NCBI GenBank assembly: GCA_965248975.1 | Contig: CBDFKU010000016.1 | Span: 64,764 to 128,763, forward strand | Source: Dehalococcoidia bacterium | GTDB taxonomy: Bacteria; Chloroflexota; Dehalococcoidia; Lucifugimonadales; JAGWBF01 | DNA: 64,000 nucleotides | Direction: 5' to 3' | Shown here: positions 9,577 to 18,464 of the stretch, piece after piece | How the letters are laid out: every line of letters begins with the position of its first letter | Position numbering within the stretch: the stretch's first letter is position 1 | Made by a program: the position numbers and the translations under genes | Notes under the pieces: generated by a model | What the model was told of the DNA's origin: nothing | Databases searched by the model: none | The model's input: the letters and a program-made list of their open reading frames with translations, nothing else

Positions 9577-10920
9577 GTGCCCGACGATGGACATACCGAC
9601 GTTATCGTGGTAGGCGCAGGAGGATGCGGCCTGGTTGCAGCGCTGGCCGCCGCTCGTCAAGGCCTCCGGGTGCTGGTGCTGGAAAAGGCCGAGGAACCCG
9701 GAGGCACCACAGCGCTTTCGGGAGGGAGTATCGTCGCCGCCGGATCACGGTTCCAGCGGGCCGCCGGTGTCGAGGACGTCCCCTCAGCCCTACTGGAGGA
9801 GGTGCTCCAACGGAGCGACTACCTGCAACCCAGGACACCTGCCGAAGAGATCTCCAACGGTTCGGCGGAGGTCGTGGAATGGCTGGCAGACATCACCGGC
9901 CTCGAATTCGATGTGCCCGTTCCCCTCACAACCCACAGCGTACGGCGTCTCCATACGTGGGGAACCGGCCGGGAGCTGGTGGACCACCTGATGGCGGCTG
10001 CCGAGGTTCAGGAGAACATACGGATATTATGCTCGACGCCGGTCAGGTCGCTGACGCTGGATGCCAGCGGAGCCGTCACCGGGGTCGAGACCGATGCCGG
10101 CAGGATCGCCGGGAGAAAAGTGATCCTGGCCACGGGAGGGTTTGCCGCCAGCCGGGATCTGTTGTCCAGGTACATACCCAAGGCCGTTGGACTGGCCTAC
10201 ACCGGCCATCACGGAAGCACAGGCGACGGCCTGGCGATGGGGCTCGACGCGGGGGCGGCCCAGGACAACATCGGTGCATTTCAGCCCTACCCCTGCTATT
10301 ACGCGGCGCTGCGACACCCGCTGCCGGGAAACATGGTGTTCCTCGGGGCTATCCACGTGGACCGAAAGGGCAGGCGTTTGGCTGACGAGACTCTGTTTCC
10401 CGGGGTCCTGGGGGCCAGGATGCTGGACCTGCCATCCAAGCAGGCCTACCAAATCTTCGACCAGCGCATATACGACGGAGGCGGCGACCGCCTCCAGGTC
10501 GCCGTCGACGCAGGGGTCGTGGAACGAAGGGAGACCGCTGCGGAGCTGGCCTCCCGCCTAGACATCGATTCACAGGGCTTGGAGAAGACGATTGAGGAGT
10601 ACAACGCCACTGCTGCGTCCGGCGGAGTGGACCGGTTCAGGCGTACCTTGTCCGAGCCCTTGAGGAGCCCGCTGTACGGCGTCAGGGTGGACGTGGCGAT
10701 ATATCACACCCAGGGCGGGCTCAAGGTGGACGGCAACGCCCATGTGCTCCGGCCCGACGGGTCGCCCTTAGCGAACCTGTACGCCGGGGGAGGCGCCGCC
10801 GCCGGAATCTCCGGCCCCAAAACCGAAGGCTATCTTCCCGGCAACGGCCTCCTCCAGTCCCTGGGCCTGGGGAAGATCGCAGGCGATCACGCGGCAGCTT
10901 CGCTTCGGGGTAGTAAGTAA
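9577..10920 (+). CDS. FAD-dependent oxidoreductase (FAD_binding_2; fumarate reductase/KstD-like flavoprotein), paralogue 1
   Basis: Rossmann motif 'DVIVVGAGGCGLVAALAAARQGLRVLVLEKAEEPGGTTALSGGSI' and C-terminal 'YHTQGGLKVD...LYAGGGAAAG'. The ORF opens at 9373, but comparison with the paralogue's N-terminus favours GTG 9577. GTG 9568 or ATG 9490 are also possible. Confidence 0.8.
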   Translation: MPDDGHTDVIVVGAGGCGLVAALAAARQGLRVLVLEKAEEPGGTTALSGGSIVAAGSRFQRAAGVEDVPSALLEEVLQRSDYLQPRTPAEEISNGSAEVVEWLADITGLEFDVPVPLTTHSVRRLHTWGTGRELVDHLMAAAEVQENIRILCSTPVRSLTLDASGAVTGVETDAGRIAGRKVILATGGFAASRDLLSRYIPKAVGLAYTGHHGSTGDGLAMGLDAGAAQDNIGAFQPYPCYYAALRHPLPGNMVFLGAIHVDRKGRRLADETLFPGVLGARMLDLPSKQAYQIFDQRIYDGGGDRLQVAVDAGVVERRETAAELASRLDIDSQGLEKTIEEYNATAASGGVDRFRRTLSEPLRSPLYGVRVDVAIYHTQGGLKVDGNAHVLRPDGSPLANLYAGGGAAAGISGPKTEGYLPGNGLLQSLGLGKIAGDHAAASLRGSK

Positions 10921-10961
10921 CCGGCCGTCGACCTAGTACACATCGAGGAGTTGAAAAGACT

Positions 10962-12308
10962 ATGGATACAGCCGGGGGGCCAGTCGATGTTCTGATAGTT
11001 GGTGCGGGAGGGTGCGGCCTCGCGGCGGCGCTGGCGGCGGCTCAGAACGGCGCCAGTGTCCTGGTGCTGGAAAAGACCGAGGAGCCGGGAGGCACCACCG
11101 CCCTGTCAGCGGGCAGCGTCGTGGGAGCGGGGTCCCGCTATCAACGGGCGGAGGGCATCGAGGACGACCCTGAACTTCTGATCGAGGACATCCTGGGCAG
11201 GAACGGATACCAGGGCGACAGAGAGCTTACCGAGGCCCTGGCCCGGAACTCGGCTGCGACCGTCGAATGGCTGGCCGACAGCATAGGACCTCCGGTGGAG
11301 ATACGTGCCCGGACCAGCGGCCACCGTACCCGGCGCTTCCACACCTGGGGAACCGGGAAGGGTCTGGTGGACCACCTGATGGCCGCCGTGCTCAAGCAAG
11401 CCAACATCGAGCTGAAGTACTCGTCTTCGGTGGTTTCGATCCCGGTGGACGCCGATGGAGGGATCAACGGTGTGGTGACACCTTCGGGACCGGTCTTGGC
11501 CCGTAAGGTAATCCTGGCCACCGGCGGATTCGGCGCCAGCCGTGAGCTGCTGCAACGGTACATCCCCAAGGCCGTTGAAATGCCCTACGGAGGCCACCGG
11601 GGCAGCACCGGGGACGGCCTGCGCCTGGGCGAGGAAGCGGGGGCCGCCACGGCCTACCTGGACTCATTCCAGCCCTACCCCTCTTACATAATGCCCCAGC
11701 ACCTGGAGGTGCCCGGGGTGGCGATATTCTACGGTTGTATCCATGTAGACTACCGGGGAATGAGGTTCGGAAACGAGACGCTGTTCCCCGGCGGTATCGG
11801 CGCCCGGATGATGGACCTTCCCGGCTTCCAGGCGTACCAGATCTTCGACCAGCAAATCCACCAACTGCTGGGAAACAGCCTCGCTCCATTGGAAGAGGCC
11901 GGCCTGCTGTTCGTGGCAGATACCCCGGAGGACCTTGCTAATCTCCTGGGGATCGATCCCAACAGCCTGCGAGATACGGTCGAGGAGTACAACAGGACCG
12001 CTGAGCAGGGAACGGACGCCTTCGGGCGCTCGGTGTCGGCACCCCTGGGCACACCCCTCTACGGCGTAAAGGTGTGGGTCGCCATGCACCACACCCAGGG
12101 CGGTCTCGTGGTAAACATCGATGCCCAGGTGCTCCGGCCGGACGGCTCGATCATATCCAACCTCTACGCCGGCGGAGGGGCGGCCGCCGGCGTCTCCGGG
12201 CACGGCCCGGAAGGGTACCTGCCGGGGAACGGCCTGATGCAGGCTCTGGGCCTCGGGAAAAGGGCGGGAGACCACGCGGCAGCTTCCCTCGGAAGTGTGC
12301 CTAGCTAG
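10962..12308 (+). CDS. FAD-dependent oxidoreductase (FAD_binding_2), paralogue 2
   Basis: 448-aa ORF with 'DVLIVGAGGCGLAAALAAAQNGASVLVLEKTEEPGGTTALSAGSV' and 'HHTQGGLVVN'. It is colinear with the upstream paralogue along its whole length. Confidence 0.82.
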   Translation: MDTAGGPVDVLIVGAGGCGLAAALAAAQNGASVLVLEKTEEPGGTTALSAGSVVGAGSRYQRAEGIEDDPELLIEDILGRNGYQGDRELTEALARNSAATVEWLADSIGPPVEIRARTSGHRTRRFHTWGTGKGLVDHLMAAVLKQANIELKYSSSVVSIPVDADGGINGVVTPSGPVLARKVILATGGFGASRELLQRYIPKAVEMPYGGHRGSTGDGLRLGEEAGAATAYLDSFQPYPSYIMPQHLEVPGVAIFYGCIHVDYRGMRFGNETLFPGGIGARMMDLPGFQAYQIFDQQIHQLLGNSLAPLEEAGLLFVADTPEDLANLLGIDPNSLRDTVEEYNRTAEQGTDAFGRSVSAPLGTPLYGVKVWVAMHHTQGGLVVNIDAQVLRPDGSIISNLYAGGGAAAGVSGHGPEGYLPGNGLMQALGLGKRAGDHAAASLGSVPS

Positions 12309-12955
12309 CCAGGAGCCCCGGCAACCGTGGGGTCGGCCAGGTACTCCAGCACCTCCGCCTTGGATACCACGTCCCCGTACTTGCTGTTGATGTCGAACAG
12401 GTTCGCTTCGTGGGGACCGGAGTGGCGATCGCCGACGCACTCCTCTGGAACGATGACCCTGAAGCCGTACTGCATGCCGTCCACAGCCGATGCACGGACG
12501 CACCCGCTGGTAGAGCAGCCAGTCAGGATAACGGTGTCCACCCCCAGGCTGGTGAGCATCGCCGCCAATGGGGTGCCGAAAAAGGCGCTGGCGTACTGCT
12601 TGTTGATGATCACGTCGTCGGGACCCGGCGGCAGCTCGGGCACTATCTCCGCCAGGGGCTCACCCTCGACCATCTTGCGCAGCACAGGGACTTTCTTCAC
12701 GAAGACCCCCCCGTCGAGCCCGTTGGGGGAGTAGATGACCCTGGTGTAGGCGATGGGCACGCCCCTGCTGCGGGCCATGTCCAGCAGGTCCACGGTCTCC
12801 CGGACGGCGTCCACCACGCCCTCGGCGAAAAGCGGGGAGCCCGGGGTGGTGTAGGCGTTGAGGAAATCGATCACCACCACCGCGGGCCTCCGCCCATAGC
12901 CTACCCGGCCGTCGAAGACTCCTTTGTAGTTCTCCTGTAGGCCCTGCTCGGTCAT
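12305..12955 (-). CDS. isochorismatase-family cysteine hydrolase, N-carbamoylsarcosine amidase-like
   Basis: 'RVGYGRRPAVVVIDFLNAYTTPGSPLF', 'ILTGCSTSGCVRASAVDG' (nucleophile Cys) and 'PEECVGDRHSGPHEANLFDINSKYGDV' closely parallel the Arthrobacter N-carbamoylsarcosine amidase sequence as I recall it. Confidence 0.7.
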   Translation of the reverse strand: MTEQGLQENYKGVFDGRVGYGRRPAVVVIDFLNAYTTPGSPLFAEGVVDAVRETVDLLDMARSRGVPIAYTRVIYSPNGLDGGVFVKKVPVLRKMVEGEPLAEIVPELPPGPDDVIINKQYASAFFGTPLAAMLTSLGVDTVILTGCSTSGCVRASAVDGMQYGFRVIVPEECVGDRHSGPHEANLFDINSKYGDVVSKAEVLEYLADPTVAGAPG

Positions 12956-13019
12956 GGGTCACCTCCCTTCGCACTGGGATGCCGTCGAAACGCCTTTCGG
13001 TCTCACCCCATTATGACAC

Positions 13020-13049
13020 GAGGCCGAGGGGATTCTCCACCTCGGCCTC
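13020..13049 (-). terminator. stem-loop downstream of hyuB (possible terminator or mRNA stabiliser)
   Basis: Perfect 10-bp inverted repeat GAGGCCGAGG (13020-13029) / CCTCGGCCTC (13040-13049) with a 10-nt loop, 29 nt past the hyuB stop. No U-tract follows, so it is not a classical intrinsic terminator. Confidence 0.3.
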
Positions 13050-13077
13050 GTATATTAGACACCAACCGGTTCGAGAG

Positions 13078-15000
13078 TTAGTCGGCCGCCACCGCGTCCT
13101 TCTTGGCCTCCTCCCTCTTCAGGAACTCGATAATGTGCGCCGGGAAGACTGGGTCCTTGGGCGCTGGTAGACCGGTCTCCGCCAGGCAGCGGGCCTTCAA
13201 CTCTTCGATGCTGTCGAATCCACGGTCGAAGAGCTTGATCTCCTTCCGTTCGGAGACGAGCTTGGCCCGGAGCTGCTCGGTGGCTTTCTCGTCGACGGTG
13301 AAATCATCGTTAACGATCACGCCGTACAGTTTCGCGCCATTCTTGGTGACAAGGCCGCGCTCTACGTCGAGGGCGACCTTCTCGGCGGGCCGCTTGTAAG
13401 GGTCGCCCCATCCGCCGCCACCCCAGGTGTAGCACATGAACAGATCGCCCTTTTTGACCTTGATATGGTCGCACTTGGACTGAAGGATCTCGACCGAGCC
13501 GTCGGCCCGGATGAGCTCCTTCTTGCTCCTTCCGGCGGGCAGGCCACCGTTCACGCCCCAGGCGTATGTGAGCCACCGGTCGTCATGGATCGACAGCTCG
13601 CCATCGTTTAGGAAACGGTAGCCAGCCCTGATGCCGTTGCCGCCGCGGTGCAGGCCGGGCCCGCCGGAATCGACGAAGGTCTCGTAGATTTCCATCCGAA
13701 GCGGGAAGTAGGACTCCAGGAACTCGTTGGGTACGTTGGTAAATGAGGGCCATAATGAGTGTGCATCGGGGCCGTCTCCCACGGGTCTTCCTGGGATCCC
13801 ACCGAACCCGATCTGATATAGCTGGAACCACTCGCCGTCGTCGTTGTAGCCGGAGTAAAAGTAGTGAGGGCTATCGGAGAAGCCTGCTGCCGTTAGGAAA
13901 TCTGGGGCCTTCTGGCCCAGGAGGCCGCCCAGCACGTCGAAGATACGGCCCAGGGCATGGGTCCTGGAAGAAAGCGCCGCCGGTTTTATCGGGTTGAGGA
14001 GACATCCCTTGGGGATGCGTACGTCGACATGATCGTAAAAGCCGTCGTTGAAAAGGATCTGGGGGTCGAACACGTTGATCATGTATACCCCAACGAACAT
14101 CTTGAACATCTCGGTGTTGAGGTAGAAGTTGATGGAGCTCTCCGACTGGGGGTCGGTGCCGTCGAAGTCGAAGATCAGCGTGTCCCCTTCGCGCCACATG
14201 GTGCAGCACATCTTGTAGGGACCCATACCGATACCGTCGTCGCAGACGTAGTCCTCGAAGTACTGCTTCTCGTTCTCGGGAACCGTCGTCCGTATGAGCT
14301 GCAACATGGCCCGCCGGTTGCGCTCCAGCAGCTCGTTCACGGCCGAGACGTAGGTATCCATACCGAAGCGGTTGCATAGCTCCAGCACCCGGCTCTCGGC
14401 GACGCGCACGGCAGCGATCAGGGCGGTTAAGTCGGCGCGGTTCCAGTGGGGCAACCGACCCTGAGCCAGGATGAGGTTGAGCATATCTTCCTGGAGCACG
14501 TCGTTCTTGTAGATCTTTACCGGCGGGATAATGACGCCTTCCTCGTAGATCTGGTTGGCGTCGGTGGGGAGGCTGCCGGGGGTCTTGCCACCCAGGTCGG
14601 TCATATGGCCGAACATGGAGATGTAAGCCACCAGCCGGCCATCCAGGTAGACGGGCTTGAGCACCAGCCAGTCGTTAAGGTGGCTGATGGCGCCGTCGAC
14701 GCTGTAGGGGTCGTTGGTGAGGAAGATTGTGCCTTCCTCGATGGTCCCCTCATAAGACCTCTTGAAACCGTGGATGAAGGAGCCGAACTGCCCCACTACC
14801 ATTTTCCCCTCTGGGCTGGCGATCATGGGGAACTCGTCGTGCTGCTCCCGGATGCCCGGGGACATGGCTGTGCGGAAGAGGACCGCATCCATCTCAAAGC
14901 GGGCGTTCCTGAGGCCGCTTTCGATGACCTCCAGTGTAATGGGGTCTACCTCTACATCCTTGAAAGGTTTCTGGCTCGTCTCTACAATAGTTGCTGGCAT
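13078..15000 (-). CDS. hyuB: hydantoinase B/oxoprolinase family protein (N-methylhydantoinase B-like)
   Basis: 640-aa ORF with 'NDPYSVDGAISHLNDW', 'GGPGLHRGGNG' and 'WGGGGWGDPYKRP', characteristic of the HyuB/oxoprolinase B family. It sits 23 nt downstream of hyuA. Confidence 0.88.
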   Translation of the reverse strand: MPATIVETSQKPFKDVEVDPITLEVIESGLRNARFEMDAVLFRTAMSPGIREQHDEFPMIASPEGKMVVGQFGSFIHGFKRSYEGTIEEGTIFLTNDPYSVDGAISHLNDWLVLKPVYLDGRLVAYISMFGHMTDLGGKTPGSLPTDANQIYEEGVIIPPVKIYKNDVLQEDMLNLILAQGRLPHWNRADLTALIAAVRVAESRVLELCNRFGMDTYVSAVNELLERNRRAMLQLIRTTVPENEKQYFEDYVCDDGIGMGPYKMCCTMWREGDTLIFDFDGTDPQSESSINFYLNTEMFKMFVGVYMINVFDPQILFNDGFYDHVDVRIPKGCLLNPIKPAALSSRTHALGRIFDVLGGLLGQKAPDFLTAAGFSDSPHYFYSGYNDDGEWFQLYQIGFGGIPGRPVGDGPDAHSLWPSFTNVPNEFLESYFPLRMEIYETFVDSGGPGLHRGGNGIRAGYRFLNDGELSIHDDRWLTYAWGVNGGLPAGRSKKELIRADGSVEILQSKCDHIKVKKGDLFMCYTWGGGGWGDPYKRPAEKVALDVERGLVTKNGAKLYGVIVNDDFTVDEKATEQLRAKLVSERKEIKLFDRGFDSIEELKARCLAETGLPAPKDPVFPAHIIEFLKREEAKKDAVAAD

Positions 15001-15023
15001 CTTTCCCCTCCTTAGTTTGCGGC

Positions 15024-17072
15024 CTAGGATGCCGGGTTAATAATGATGTTTCCGAAGGTGTCGACTTCCCCGACGTGACCCGGCAGGATCAACGTGGTGG
15101 AGTCCAGCTCCGTGATTATGGCCGGGCCCTGAATACGGTTGCCAGCCTTTAGCTTGACTCGATCATAGATCGTAGCCTCATGGTCAGCATTGTCCACAAA
15201 GACCGAAGTCGTGTCAAGCTTGGCCGCCGCGGGGTTGGCATCGCCCTGCGGTACCCTGCCTGCCTGAACCGTGCTGGATGGCCCCAGGGCGACGGCTCGT
15301 AGGTTCACTACTTCCTGCTCAGCGGGCAGGGCAAAGGTGAACATCTGGGTGTGCAGCTGGTCGAACTCCTTGCGTACGATGTCCAGCCCACCGTTCTTGA
15401 AGGCGTCCATGTCGACGCCAATGGTAAGGATCAGGCCTTGCCCGGAATATCTGACGTCGATCTCGTACTGAGCCGTCTGGTCGGACCGGGACACGTGCTC
15501 TTGGTCTAGAGTGGACTGAGCCCGCTCCGCCAGATCCCGGAAGATGCCTTCGATCTCCTGATTGGAGGTCTCTGAGAAACGGCGGATGAAGGTGAGGGTG
15601 GCTTCGTTGCGCAGCTGGGTCGTGGCGTCGCCATAGGCGCACAGCACGCCGGGGGAGGGAGGAATGATAACCGGCCACGAGCCGGTTAGCTTGGCGAGAG
15701 CGTTGGCGTGGAGTGGGCCGGCTCCCCCGAAGGCTACGAGGGCAAAGTCGCGGGGATCATAGCCCTGCTGCACCGAGACCAACCGCAGCGCGCCGAACAT
15801 GTTCTCGTTGACGATGTCTATGACACCCGCGGCAGCCCGCTTGACATCGAGACCGAGGGGGTCGCCGATAGTCTTCACGGCCTTCTCCGCAGCGGCTTTG
15901 TCCAGGTTCACATTGTCGGCCAGGCTCGTGGGCAACCGGCCCAGCACCAGGTTGGCGTCGGTCACTGTCGGCCGGTCGCCGCCTCGGCCGTAGGCCGCCG
16001 GTCCCGGGTCGGCGCCGGCGCTCTCCGGCCCTACGCGGAGGGCCTTCGTCAGCTCGGGGACGTGGGCGATGGAGCCGCCGCCGGCCCCGACGCTACGCAC
16101 GTCAACGGAGGACGCCCGCACGACCACGTCGCCCACCATGGTCTCCCGACGCACCTTGGGGACGCCGTTCTCGACCAGGGCGACGTCGGTTGAGGTCCCG
16201 CCCATGTCAAAGGTCAGCAGGTTCTTGTATCCTGCCTGTTGGGCGATCCAAAGGGCTCCGGCAACACCGCCTGCGGGGCCACTCATCAGGATGTTGACGG
16301 GGGCGACTTGGGCTATCTCAGATGATACGAGCCCACCGTCGGAGCGGAGAATGTGCAGGCTGCCGGTGATGCCCCGGTTGTTCAGCTCGCGTTCCAAGTT
16401 GTTCAGGTATGTGGAGACCACGGGTGCTACGTAGGAATTGGCCACGGTAGTGAGTGCTCGCTCGTACTCCTGCATCTCAGGCAGGATCTCCGAAGAGATA
16501 GAGACGGGAACGTTGGGCATGATCTCATGGGCGACCTCTCGGATGCGTCGCTCGTGGGCTCCGTTGGCGAAGGAGTTGAACAGGCAGATGGTGAGCGCCT
16601 CGATGCCCCGGTTCTTCAGATAGGTGAGCCTCTCACGGAGCGATGTCTCTTCGAGGGGGTCCACCACATCTCCCCGGGCGCTCATGCGCTCGTCGGCCTC
16701 CACCGTAAGCTCCAGGGGAGCCAGAGGGTCGGGCATGTTCCAGATGATCCAGCCTGCCAGGATGCCGGGGACGAACGAGCGGCCCACTTGCAGCATCTGT
16801 CCGTAGCCTTTGGTGGTGACCAACCCGATCTTGGCGCCCCTACCCTGAAGAATGGCGTTGGTGGCCACCGTCGTCCCGTGCATGATCTGTGAAATCTCGC
16901 TAGTGTTGATACCGGCGGTAGCGCAAACCCGGTCGATACCGGCCAGCACCCCGATGGACGAGTCCGCCGGAGTCGATTGCACTTTGTCGCGCCAGGTGTT
17001 GCCCGATCCCTCGTCGATCAACAGCAGGTCGGTAAAAGTGCCCCCTACATCTACTCCTAATCGATACGCCAT
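15024..17072 (-). CDS. hyuA: hydantoinase A/oxoprolinase family protein (N-methylhydantoinase A-like)
   Basis: The ORF opens at 17198, but the family N-terminus 'MAYRLGVDVGGTFTDLL' starts at ATG 17072, preceded by GAGGTG. The ASKHA-type motifs 'DMGGTSTDV' and 'AFGGAGPLHA' are present. Confidence 0.88.
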   Translation of the reverse strand: MAYRLGVDVGGTFTDLLLIDEGSGNTWRDKVQSTPADSSIGVLAGIDRVCATAGINTSEISQIMHGTTVATNAILQGRGAKIGLVTTKGYGQMLQVGRSFVPGILAGWIIWNMPDPLAPLELTVEADERMSARGDVVDPLEETSLRERLTYLKNRGIEALTICLFNSFANGAHERRIREVAHEIMPNVPVSISSEILPEMQEYERALTTVANSYVAPVVSTYLNNLERELNNRGITGSLHILRSDGGLVSSEIAQVAPVNILMSGPAGGVAGALWIAQQAGYKNLLTFDMGGTSTDVALVENGVPKVRRETMVGDVVVRASSVDVRSVGAGGGSIAHVPELTKALRVGPESAGADPGPAAYGRGGDRPTVTDANLVLGRLPTSLADNVNLDKAAAEKAVKTIGDPLGLDVKRAAAGVIDIVNENMFGALRLVSVQQGYDPRDFALVAFGGAGPLHANALAKLTGSWPVIIPPSPGVLCAYGDATTQLRNEATLTFIRRFSETSNQEIEGIFRDLAERAQSTLDQEHVSRSDQTAQYEIDVRYSGQGLILTIGVDMDAFKNGGLDIVRKEFDQLHTQMFTFALPAEQEVVNLRAVALGPSSTVQAGRVPQGDANPAAAKLDTTSVFVDNADHEATIYDRVKLKAGNRIQGPAIITELDSTTLILPGHVGEVDTFGNIIINPAS

Positions 17073-17225
17073 GTCCACCTCTTCCGATAGTCGAAGTTTC
17101 CTGGCACCAAGTGGCCAGGTGTGTGAAAACGACACATTATTGAACATCCACCCAGCGGTGTCAAGGGTATGGGCTCGTACCTGGATTTCATAAGACATCC
17201 GCGACTTCGGCCACCGGGGCGGTCA

Positions 17226-17234
17226 TGTTATAAT
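17226..17234 (+). promoter_or_regulatory. putative extended -10 element (TGtTATAAT)
   Basis: TGTTATAAT at 17226-17234 in the divergent hyuA/PTE spacer, about 40 nt upstream of ATG 17276. No convincing -35 element. Confidence 0.3.
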
Positions 17235-17275
17235 GTGGCGCGGTCGGAACTCGGGGCTCAGCATCGGAGGTGGGC

Positions 17276-18343
17276 ATGGCAAGAGAGAAGCTTGCCGGCA
17301 AAGTACAGACCGTACTGGGCCCCATCGATCCGGAGCGACTGGGGGTCACCCTGACCCACGAGCACCTGCTAGTGGACCTCTCGGTCCTGTTCAAGCCCCT
17401 TGACTGGGCCAGCGAGGTGGACTTCTTCCATAAACCCGTGTCTATGGAGACCCTCGGACGCATCCGACACTACGGCGCACGAAACAAGGACGACAGCCAG
17501 CTCTTCGATGTTCCCACCGCCATCAACGAGACCGACCTGTATAAGCAATACGGTGGGGATTCCCTGGTGGACGCCACCAGCATAGGCATAGCCAGGGACC
17601 CTGTCGGCCTGGCCCGGATCTCCCGGACCACCGGAGTAAACGTCATAATGGGGGCCTCTTACTACGTGGCCCCGGCCCACCCCGGCACCATGAGCGATAT
17701 CGGCGAGGACGAAATCGTGGAGCGTATTGTAGCCGACGTCACCGATGGCGTGGACGGTACCGGCATCAGGTCCGGCGTCATCGGCGAGGTTGGCTGCTCC
17801 TGGCCCCTGGAGAAAAACGAGCGGAAGGTGCTTCGGGCGTCGGCGCGGGCCCAGCGCATGACCGGTGCCACCCTGTCGATCCATCCGGGCAGGGACGAGA
17901 CCGCACCCCTGGAGATCATCGAGGTCCTGTCCGAGGCCGGGGCCGATCTGAGCCGCACCATCATGGGGCACTTGGATCGGACGGTGTTCCTTCGGGACAC
18001 CATCGGCAACATCGCAAGCTCCGGATGCTACATGGAGTGGGATCTGTTCGGCAAGGAGCAGTCCCATTACCCCCTGAACACCAGGATAGACATGCCCAGC
18101 GACGCCAAGCGTATGGACGACATCGCCTGGATAGCGTCCCAGGGATACGGGCGAAAGGTCCTCATAGCCCACGACATCTGCGCCAAGCACCGTCTTGAAA
18201 AATACGGCGGCCACGGCTACTCCTACATCCTGGGGCACATCGTGCCCCGCATGCGGGTCCGTGGCTACGATCAGGCGGCGATAGACGACATACTTGTGAA
18301 CAACCCCAGAGACGCCCTGACCTTTGCCGAGACGATTTTATGA
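17276..18343 (+). CDS. phosphotriesterase-related (PTER/PLL lactonase-like) metal hydrolase
   Basis: ORF 17270..18343. ATG 17276 lies 5 nt after GGAGG (17266-17270). It has 'GPIDPERLGVTLTHEHLLVDL' (H-x-H), 'GVIGEVG' and 'LIAHDI', typical of the PTE family TIM barrel. Confidence 0.8.
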   Translation: MAREKLAGKVQTVLGPIDPERLGVTLTHEHLLVDLSVLFKPLDWASEVDFFHKPVSMETLGRIRHYGARNKDDSQLFDVPTAINETDLYKQYGGDSLVDATSIGIARDPVGLARISRTTGVNVIMGASYYVAPAHPGTMSDIGEDEIVERIVADVTDGVDGTGIRSGVIGEVGCSWPLEKNERKVLRASARAQRMTGATLSIHPGRDETAPLEIIEVLSEAGADLSRTIMGHLDRTVFLRDTIGNIASSGCYMEWDLFGKEQSHYPLNTRIDMPSDAKRMDDIAWIASQGYGRKVLIAHDICAKHRLEKYGGHGYSYILGHIVPRMRVRGYDQAAIDDILVNNPRDALTFAETIL

Positions 18344-18464
18344 GGCACGGGTCGGTTTGTCTTTCCCCATTTGTGGGGTTGATTAATGTGGGGCGACGTA
18401 CCCACGTCCTGACCTTCCTCCTTAAGGGAGACGGGGTGGATCTGACAAACGAAGGAGGTTTCCA

